Shown one piece after another: positions 51,452-61,163 of a stretch of 64,000 bases of DNA. The translations under genes and the position numbers were made by a program. Position 1 is the stretch's first letter. Every line of letters begins with the position of its first letter. Source of the stretch: Lingula anatina (lineage: Eukaryota; Animalia; Brachiopoda); the NCBI GenBank assembly GCA_051362555.1, contig CM120641.1:29270401-29334400 (forward strand), given 5' to 3'. The notes beneath the pieces were generated by a model. The model was given only the letters and a program-made list of their open reading frames with translations. It was not told the DNA's origin and did no database searches.

Positions 51452-52154
51452 TGCGGCAGGCCTGTCTTTGCGCGACACTATTTTATTCCAACGTTTTCTG
51501 CTGCCGACTTAACTCGGGCAGTGTTGTTATGGTATGTGTATCAACACGCGGTTCTCTCAAGTGTTTACTCGTATCCAAGGAACTGCGACTGCCTATCGAG
51601 GTCAACCTGAAAAGCGATTGCGCGTTAAAGCCTTATTGTTATGTTAATTTCCTTTCAGTTGGTATTTTGCTGGGATCGATGCATGCGCTAACTTTGTTAA
51701 ACGAATTGGTGAAAGTAACCCAACTTGATAAAGCAAGGGAAAGCAATAGAAAGAACAAGAAAACCGAAAGTAAAAAAAAATAGAGAACAATCAGCAGAGT
51801 CAATCTGAAAGCGCACTATATATATATACATGCACTCTCAGTCCAATATCAGGTGCATAGGAAGTAGATTTAAATAGGATGGTGTAGGGAGGTTAACAAT
51901 TAATTTTAAAAAAATAGCAACTGGTGTAGGGGATTGGATTTCTCTTTCCCTCCCCCCTTACTGAATAAACGATTGAAGCATAGAGTCATGTAGTAATCCT
52001 CTTTTGTCAATAAAATTAAATTATCCGCGTCGAATCGAAACTACCCTCTACCAGGGTCACAGATCATGGCAGATTAATTATGTGCATTTTTTTTCAGCGT
52101 GAGATTCGCCAGAGGTAGGACCCAAAATATCTCCTATCCAAGGCCAGAGAGTTA

Positions 52155-52369
52155 CATCCCATTTCCATAGATTAGATCGACCTACTTTGGATCGACCTAA
52201 CTCCCTGGGGGTTCACGCTAAATAGCTGTCAGCCTGGCGGACACGAAAGTTAATTACCTCATTTCAGCTTGTAGTAGGCGGGACGGACATTTAAGTCGGA
52301 TTATCTGAAAGTAATCTAGTGAGACTCCCCGCGGGGATAGATCGATCTAAAATCTATGGGAATAGAGCC
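52155..52369 (+). mobile_element. ~215-bp MITE, copy C
   Basis: Near-identical to 33364-33578. Flanks TTA/TAT are not a perfect TSD. Confidence 0.85.
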
Positions 52370-52492
52370 TATGGACACACACACACACACTGGACAATAC
52401 AAGTGTCACCCCTACTGAACCAATACTTTGGGGGAGATAAATGACTGTGGAATGATATGCTCCTGGTAACATTTTATTAACGTCAAATTTCA

Positions 52493-52525
<33 letters not shown>

Positions 52526-52569
52526 AAACACAAAATGAGAACAAAATATACATTTTACCAAGATATGCA

Positions 52570-53560
52570 GTTTCAAGTCCAAAACTAGTACTTAGTGGCA
52601 TAGCCACGTTACCTAATAATAGCTGCCTTATGCTGGCCCAAGCATGAAACACTGAATCTAACAGAGTTTGTCTGCTGGTTGGACGGGCATTTGTCAAAAG
52701 TTTTGACATATCATTCCACACATTTTCTATTATGTTTGCATCCGGACTGGGCAGGCCACATCACCCTGCGAATGCCCTGTTGGTCAAACCAATCATCAAC
52801 TGCTCTGGATCTGTGACAAGGAGCATTGTCATCCTGGTGAATAAACGGATAATTCCTGTCACCAAACATGTTAGTAATAGATGGTAGCAAGCCTGACTCC
52901 AAAACATCGATATATTTCTGGTGATTCATGTTTCCATCAACCATTACCAATTCACCCACGCCATGGATGCTGATGCAGCCCCACACCATGATGAATATGC
53001 TGCTCCGGGTTCGAAAATTCAGTACATGTGGTTCAAATGCTATACCAGCAGTTCGCCAGCATCGGACACGTCTGTCATCAGAGGTCAGACCAAATCGACA
53101 CTCATAAAAAAACTATATATGACCAATTGTCATGGACTGTCCAGTTCCAGATCCTGTTGGCCTTGGTTCACTCTACGTTGCCTGTTTTGTAACGATATAA
53201 GAGGTTTCCGTCTCGCTACCCTGCTGTACACTCTCAAGCATGTAACCGATGCCTAGCAGTTTTCACAGACAGATTCTTATGTGTGAAATTGTTCCACAGT
53301 GTTGTCAACTGACAAGCAATGTCGAACCTTGACAACCTGGACATCAAAATCAGTCGTTGGTCTTCACGGTCGATAGTTTTTCCTGGACCACCCATCAGAG
53401 GCGATTTGTCTCTTGTGTTTCTATACCGAGACCTGGCCCTCTGCACGGTTCTGACTGAACAATTCAACTGTATTGATATTTTGACATTGCTTATATTCCG
53501 CCTCTTCAGGTTAATAACTTGACCTCTATAATCATTAGATAATTGACTGTATCTTGCCAT
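52570..53560 (-). pseudogene. Tc1/mariner (DDE) transposase pseudogene
   Basis: Frameshifted fragments: N-terminal HTH (MARYSQLSNDYRGQVINL...LNCSVRTVQR), MVWGCIS..GVGELV, FIHQDDNAPCHRS and WPAQS. The SPDLNPIE motif is broken by a frameshift. Confidence 0.9.
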
Positions 53561-53578
53561 ATTGTAGGAAGACAGGAT

Positions 53579-56428
53579 CCCCAGACAGCCTCAGTAATCT
53601 GGCCCACGTCTGGCCCAGATCTGGCAACGTCTGGCAATATCTGGGCCAGATTTTGCCAGACACTTGCCAGATCTGGGCCAAGTCTGGCAAAGTCTGGCAT
53701 TTATGCCACATTTTGCCAGACACTTGCCAGATCTGGGCCAAGTCTGGCAAAGTCTGGCATTTATGCCACATTTTGCCAGATGCTGCCCAGACTTGGGCCA
53801 GATATGGTACTTTCATTTTCAATTTTTATTTTCTATTTATTTATTTTTTATTGACCAGTGAGCTGAATGCATTGAACTGACGTCATTTGATAAATTTTGA
53901 TTTAATTTATCTCTCTCTCTTTTCTTCAAAGTCCCCTCATAAGTGTGCTATTTGTTTAATTTGACTTGACATTTGAATGAATTCACTGTTCTAAAACTTT
54001 TTTGAACTACTCGTTCCGCTGTTGTAAGATTCCGCTTTTTGTGCTAAGCCGGTCAAGGACCCGGATGTAGCGTTTCTTAGAGTTATGGATATGAAAAAAG
54101 CACAAGCGTATCAAACTGATCCATTTCGTTGAGTGATTTGATTCGTGATGCGATTAATTTCGAAGGCATCAACACTGGAGACGAGTATTAACACTAGTGC
54201 AAAACTGTGAGCCAACTTTCTTTGAAAAAATGGAGGAAAAATGTGAAATTACGGAATTCGAACCGTACAGAAGTCCGGAGACATTAGGGTCACGCTCGAC
54301 GCGATGGCTAGACAGTTTTAACCTCTTCGCTGACGGAAAAGATTGATCTTTTCAAAACCAACGGACGGCATGAATAATGAACAAAGATAGAAAATTAAAA
54401 ATACATGTCAGAGGAGACGCGCGCTAATGTTGTATTCAGCAGGGACAGGTGAACAAGATATTTTCAGGACTCTCCCAAACACAGGTTAGAAACATGAATA
54501 TACATTAGACAGTTAACGCTTTGAATGAAATTGGAACACCAGAAACTGTGAGTATGATGAAACCGAAGTCATTTGACAAACCAAGCCAGTCTAAACATTA
54601 CGAGTTTAGACATGAAAAACGAAGTAGAAACTCCCTGACTGAGAAAACATGGAACGTTGGATCACTTTGCAAAAGTCTGCAAAACTGAAACTATTATTCA
54701 TGTAAATGACAGCTTTGAACATGATAATCCAGGAGTGCATATACATTTGGTGTGGGAACCAATGCAATATACACAGAAGACATGGAGGAAATAGAGGCGG
54801 TGTTAATCTCAGTGTATTACCAGATTCGGGTGCATATTGTAATACCATTGATGAAAATACATGGAGAATGCTGAAATCCAAGAAAAATAAATGTGGCTCT
54901 TGTGGAGGACTAGAAAACAAACAGTATTATTCATACACGTCTGAGAAACCTTTAAAAGTGAAGGGAACATTTGAATGTGACGTAAAGGAAGAGACCAGTA
55001 GTAGTGAAAGGACATGGGATTTGATATGAGTTGATAAGTTTTGATAATTTTCAGTGTGGTTTAAGGAATAAAAGTTGGAGTTCATATGCTATTCTTCAAA
55101 TGTTTGAAAGGACATTTTAAAGACTGAACTGTCAATAAACATGTTTTGAAAGGGCCGTTTCTCTCCAAGAAAGGAAGGGATGTTGTGTTTTGACTTGACA
55201 TTTGAATGAACTGTTGTTAACTTGGTAGAGTTACTTGTTCCATATTGTTGATTCCTTTAATAATTATAAGCTTGTAAAGGAGCCGGATGTATCATTTCTT
55301 AGTGTTATGGATTTGAAAAAAGTGCAAACATTGCAAACTGGTTCAATTCATTGAGTGATTTGATTCATGATGTGATTTAATTCAAAAGCATTGATACTGG
55401 GGTTTGTTTTTGTGCACATGTAATTCTCTTTTAATTGTACATCTATATGTGTGCTGGAGTATACATATTTTTTTTTTCAGAATTTACATGTATGTACAGT
55501 ACTGTAGCCAGCATGCAAGTTGAATTGAAACAGTTACTGCATGGTTATTTATAATTTTGTTATAACTCACCATCATCTAAAAAAAAACAATGTTTTTTCA
55601 TTCATTATTCAAGATTTATTCATTACAAAACTATATTCATTAGTGATTATTATTATTAATGATATGTTTGAATTAGTTTAAAAATGACAATGTATAATAT
55701 TATTTAGGTTGAGGTGTGCAAAAATATTTCCCCCTCAAACCCCTCCCCCATGTACATGCATAATTAATTACAATTTTTGTAATTTGTGTTAATTCAGATT
55801 CGATGAGCAGCTTTGTGTTGAAAAAAAAATTGTTGTTATAACTGTTTTCTTTACATGTATGTAAGTGACATTTCCTCCTGTGTCTGTATATTTGCCTTTT
55901 TGCAGTGTATTTTTTTTTCATATATACATTGTTTTGTACAAAAAGACAAGGAGTGACCCTTTATTTGTTACATGTTAGTTGCCAGCAAGGTTATATAATG
56001 TGTAATAACTTTGTTTAGGGTTTTAGCACAGAATAAATACTTGAATCTTGTATGTCTTTTTTTATAGTAATCTTATTGAATAATTAAAAATAATTTTAAA
56101 AAAAGAGAAAAAAAAAAACATTCTGGGCCATATGTGGTCCATGTCTGGCCCTAATCTGGCCCATTTGAATATGATCTGGCCCACATCTGGCCCACATCTG
56201 GCATGCCATACCTTTGCCAGATATTGCCAGATCTGGGCCGACATCTGGCCATATGAGCAAATGTGGACTGGGCCAGATGTGGCAATGTCTGGGCCAGATC
56301 TGGCCCAAACATTGCCACATCTGGCCCACATGTGGCAAGCCATACGTGGGCCATACCTTTTGCCAGACATTGCCAGACGTTGCCAGATCTGGGCCAGACG
56401 TGGGCCAGATCACTGAGGCTGTCTGGGG
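53579..56428. mobile_element. Non-autonomous CACTA/EnSpm(CMC)-like element with subterminal repeat arrays
   Basis: ~66-bp TIRs (ccccagacagcctcagt[a/g]atctggcccacgtctggcccagatctggcaacgtctggcaat) with 2 mismatches. Dense tctggc/gccaga arrays at 53579-53805 and 56120-56428. No TSD visible. The superfamily is inferred from the CCCAG terminus plus subterminal repeats. Confidence 0.7.
53944..55396 (+). mobile_element. Internally deleted Ty3/Gypsy LTR retrotransposon relic
   Basis: Direct repeats at ~53944-54174 and 55181-55396. The 5' LTR ends in CA and is followed by a PBS-like tggagacgag (54176). A polypurine tract aagaaaggaaggga (55167-55180) precedes the TG of the 3' LTR. Gag remnant EFEPYRSPETLGSR..RWLDSFNLFADGK / QRRRALMLYSAG and aspartic protease remnant VLPDSGAYCNTID. 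No RT or integrase. Confidence 0.8.
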
Positions 56429-56894
56429 AATAACATTTGCTGTACATGTACAAGACCAACAATACAATTCCATGGTACAGCGGTTTTATACTCATTAGTC
56501 AAATTATAAGTAGATCAGGCATTATAACTACCCAAGATCTGCCTACTTTGATTACTCTGATTTAGGGGGTGACACTTCTATTGTCCAGTGTGTGTAGGGC
56601 CTATATCTGTGAATGCCACACTCGGTTCAAATGTACCACGACATTCCCACGTGCATCTACTCTGATCAGGAAAATCAAAACTTTTTCAACTAAATCTTAA
56701 TTTTAAAACTAGTTTATATATTTGTTTCATTAAAGCTATCCTTATTTATGTGAAAAAAATACATGGCAGTGTTAGGCCACCATAAATGTCCAGTGAAAAA
56801 ACAATCTGTGGCCCTGGCAGAGGATAAATGGAAACAATCCTTTAAAGAATTCCCGCACAAAAAGCAAAAGGTGACCTTATTATAATAATAATTA

Positions 56895-56925
<31 letters not shown>

Positions 56926-57226
56926 AAATAATAAACAACAACAATAATAATAAAAAACAAATAAATAACTTATAGAATTAAATATATAAATAAATAAATA
57001 AAAACACTTAAACTTATTGAGGTTAAACGGGCTAAATATTACAAATAAATCAAAAACATGGGATTTTGAAAAGGTAATTATAAATAAAGGCAACATTCTG
57101 TCTGAACATTTATAAAACATTAATTTTAAAATAATCAATTGAAAATGCTTGTAAATAATTAACAAACCTGCTACCTCTAACGCTGCTGCTTCAACATATT
57201 TGATGTCCGATCTCTTAAAACGACAT

Positions 57227-57448
57227 ACGTCATCATTTTGTGAGTGTGAATACAGCGCACCAAGTGGTATGAAAAATAACTAGTTTTCACACGAAGCCCT
57301 CTATTGGCAAAATCCCCTAGCCCATCTTAGAAGGAAGTAATATTCTAAGATGGGCTAGGGGATTTTGCCAATAGAGGGCTTCGTGTGAAAACTAGTTATT
57401 TTTCATACCACTTGGTGCGCTGTATTTACACTCACAAAATGATGACGT
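57227..57448. repeat. Near-perfect palindrome: 106-bp arms, 10-nt loop
   Basis: 57227-57332 is the reverse complement of 57343-57448 with a single mismatch. Loop ggaagtaata. Confidence 0.95.
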
Positions 57449-57554
57449 CGACGCATGACCCATTTTACCAGCAAAGAATGGTGGCTATTGGAATTTATTA
57501 TGGTTACGTGCGTGATGAATTACGTGATTTCGTGCGTGTGTGTGTGTGTGCGTG

Positions 57555-57589
<35 letters not shown>

Positions 57590-57673
57590 TAGAGAACAAA
57601 AAAATCTAATAATCACTGGTTTATTTTTGATGTTGCTAGACTGGTGTTCGGGCCTAATTTGTACTTGGACGAT

Positions 57674-57707
<34 letters not shown>

Positions 57708-57709
<2 letters not shown>

Positions 57710-59362
57710 TAGACTGCAACTGGCTAAAGCCAGTGGCGGAGGATTCCCCTGCAAAATAGGTGTGGAAATGCTCTTACAAGGTCATGTGAAGGTCATGGGT
57801 TTAATTTGACCCCATATTCTGAAAGAGCATGTGCGAATTGGGGGGGGGGGGGGGGGGGGGTCAACAAAACATCACTTTTAGCCCACTTCAATATTTCTCC
57901 ATGAAATAGCCGAATGACCTTGAAAATGAGGGTCAAGGTCAAATTTGACATTTGATTTGGGGGTTTTGGGTATATGTTTGGGGTAGTTTACTATAGCATG
58001 CTATGACCAAAAACCAGTGTTTCATGGAGAAATTGCCAAACTCAAGATTTCTGCAATGTCATAAATATTTAAAAATCTTATTAAAAAAAGTAATGAAGCA
58101 GTCGCTACCAAAGTACGGCTAACCTTAGCCAAATATATAGGGCATCATTTGCCACTATGATCGGGGCTCTGGGACTTCCGGTTTTTGAGATCTCGGAAAC
58201 AAACCTTTTTTGAGCCCGTTTGGCCATTAGTGACCTTGACCTTGACCTACTTGCATGAAAGTAGGTCATTATCTGTGGATTGGCCTCAGTATCATTGGAC
58301 ATAAGGCCCTTAGCCACAGGGCTTATAATTAAGGCCTAATGGCAATTTTAAATTTTACAAATTTTCTCTTTAAAAGCCACTGTGACCTTGAAAAGTAGGT
58401 CAAGGTCACTGAAACTAGGTCTATGGCATGTTCTTACCATATGCTACCTATGTAAATTATTTCAGATTTTTTGCGAAAAAAAAACACGCGGAAAGAATAA
58501 GAATAACTATAACTAGACTGCAACTGGCTGAAGCCAGTGGCGGAGGATTCCCCTGCAAAATAGGTGTGGAAAGGCTCTTACAAGGTCATGTGAAGGTCAC
58601 GGGTTAAATTTGACCCCATATTCTGAAAGAACATGTGCGAATTGGGGGGGGGGGAGTCAACAAAACATCACTTTTAGCCCACTTCAATATTTCTCCATGA
58701 AATAGCCGAATGACCTTGAAAATGAGGGTCAAGGTCAAATTTGACATTTGATTTGGGGGTTTTGGGTATATAATATGTTTGGGGTAGTTTACTATAGCAT
58801 GCTATGACCAAAAACCAGTGTTTCATGGAGAAACTGCCAAACTCAAGATTTCTGCAATGTCATAAATATTTAAAAATCTATATTAAAAAAAGTAATTAAG
58901 CAGTCGCTACCAAAGTACGGTTAACCTTAGATAAATATATAGGGCATCATTTGCCACTATGATCAGGGCTCTGGGATTTCCGGTTTCTGAGATCTCGGAA
59001 ACAAACCTTTTTTGAGCCCGTTTGGCCATTAGCGACCTTGACCTTGACCTACTTGCATAAAAGTAGGTCATTATATGTGGATTCACCTCAGTATCACTGA
59101 CCATAAGGCCCATAGCCATACGGCTTATACTTAAGGCCTAATGTCAATTTCAAATTTTACAAATTTTGCCTTTAAAAGCCCCTATGACCTTGAAAAGTAG
59201 GTCAAGGTCACTGAAACTGGGTCTGTGGCATATTCTTGCCATAGGCTACCTATGAGAATTATTTCAGATTTTTTGCGAAAAAAAACGCGCGGAAAGAATA
59301 ATATTACTTTAATAATAATAATACCAAAAACAATAGTATTCCCCTATGGGGAATCCTAATAA
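57708..59362 (+). mobile_element. Helentron/HINE-like element present as a head-to-tail dimer (804-bp period)
   Basis: Both units start actagactgcaactggct[a/g]aagccagtggcggaggattcccc (57708 and 58512) and are rich in tgaccttga/tcaaggtca. A single 3' stem-loop attcccc-tat-ggggaatcct (~59338-59357) is complementary to the 5' aggattcccc subterminal repeat. Inserted in an (AAT)n run. Confidence 0.7.
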
Positions 59363-59699
59363 ACTTTATCCATTGGGGTAAAACGTACCCTCTGGGTTGT
59401 TAAGAATAGAACATTGTGTTAATGAATAAAAGATGTATATAAAAATTAATTGAATAATAATAATAAAAATAAAGTAAATTTGAATCACAGCTCTCTCTCT
59501 CTCTCTCTCTCTCTCATAATGATAAGAGTTAAAATGGACTTATATATTGAGAATTAGTATTGACGGTCAGTTTGTGTGTCGTACAAGTATCTTTTTCGAT
59601 CTGTTTACACTGCTGCTACAATCCCTCAAGACCGATAACACCTGAGAATTAAAATTCCTAACGCAGTAGTAGGCCTATGTGTAATACATCCTCCCATTT

Positions 59700-59919
59700 T
59701 AATTTTAAAATTAAAATTTTGACTGGCTGAATAATGCAGTTCTAAACCGTAGGCCTATCAAACAACACCGTTCGCCCCCTAAACTATAAAAATCTTATCG
59801 AGGCTCTTTAGCCCCGAACCCCATGTCAAGAATGTGGAGGGGGGGGGGGGGGGGTGAAAGGTCGGCTTTGCATTCTAGCCCCCCCCCCCCCCCTTCAAAT
59901 AATCCTGGATCCGCTTCTG
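59700..59919 (-). mobile_element. GC-rich MITE, inverted relative of 62782-63013
   Basis: The reverse complement shares gcgga.ccaggattatttgaagggg, ggcgaacggtg, ctacggtttaga and ttcagc.agtcaaaatt with the 62782 copy. Confidence 0.65.
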
Positions 59920-59980
59920 AATATATAGGCCCTATATCTTACTTGATTTTTCAATTTTCTGTTTTATTCAATTGGATCTA

Positions 59981-60071
59981 CAGGGGGTGACAAAAGTATT
60001 GCACCGTTTTGCAAATATATTCACATAACGCACTATTCACACAAATAGTGCAATACTTTTGTCACCCCCTG
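59981..60071. mobile_element. 91-bp Tc1/mariner-type MITE
   Basis: Perfect 24-bp TIRs cagggggtgacaaaagtattgcac with TA on both sides. Confidence 0.9.
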
Positions 60072-60121
60072 TAAAATCAGACACATGTGTTCTGCAGCCG
60101 AATATCACTAGATTGCTAGCA

Positions 60122-60526
60122 ATGGCTCTGTCCTATGTTAATTCTCCAGAACTTGCATTCAAAGTCATCGAAGAATACGAAATTAAGACTAACAGCCAAT
60201 TTGTTCATTACAGTGGGCCATCACCAAAGAGATTTGGTTCATCAGGTAAGTTTATATACATTTACACCGTCTTTCGAGCATTTTTGATGAATTTTAACCA
60301 GTTTTACAAGTTCAAAGGAACAACCACTAAAAGAAAAAAAAGATCTTAGAACTGTTTCACCAAATCGAAAATCCTTACTCCTGTGATTTTCAGCCTATCA
60401 TAGTTATTTCTTATTTATATCTATTTTATGTTTATCATAATTTTGACTAAAAGATCTTTTAGATATTTTCATTTCATTCGTGTGATTCTGTGTGTATGTG
60501 CTCGCGAGTGTATGCGTGTCACAGTA

Positions 60527-60614
<88 letters not shown>

Positions 60615-61127
60615 TACTGCAACCCTAACCCTGTTCACTTTTAAACGTATTAGCAGAAAAGAAAAACGGTAAAATAAAATGGCAACAAGTGCGAAACAGA
60701 ATAACCCCCACCAACGGCCTCCATAGTCCCCCACCAACCTGCATAGTTTATTTTATACATTGTTTTTAAAACTAGTTTTAAATGTATAACAAATAGAAAA
60801 GCAAAAACACCCTTAAAGTGTCAACAAGTGCACCCCTCCATTACATATGTGCAACCAATAGTTCTTTTCATACATTGTTTTTAAGAGGAGTTTTCAAATG
60901 TATTTCAACAGAAAAAAAAAAAAAAAAAAAAAAAAAGGCACCCGACTTATATACCAAATGATAACCCTAATGTCTCCATCTTTTAGCTGGTTATTATTTT
61001 ATCAATTTAAAGACCTATCTGTTTTTGGTATTCTTTGATTTGTCATCGTAATCTTGACTAATAGATGTGCTGCATGTGCATTTTATATTTTCATTTAATG
61101 TGTGTGTGTGTGTGTATGTTTGTGTCA

Positions 61128-61163
<36 letters not shown>

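Larger units (their letters stand above)
52388..56590 (-). mobile_element. Tc1-like DNA transposon interrupted by a 2.85-kb insertion
   Basis: TIRs cactggacaatacaagtgtcacccc / ggggtgacacttctattgtccagtg with 1 mismatch. The flanks are (CA)n/(TG)n ending in TA on the right. Contains transposase remnants. Confidence 0.85.

Noticed and set aside
53506-53880. Several overlapping ORFs with PDLAQIW-type repeats (also 56062-56498)
   Set aside because: They are translations of the subterminal tctggc/gccaga repeat arrays of a DNA element, open in many frames, with no protein signature.
58105-59119. Two paralogous 70-aa ORFs (58105-58317, 58907-59119) resembling a duplicated small gene
   Set aside because: They lie in the two units of the HINE-like dimer, and SRSRSRS is simply the translated tgacct repeat.
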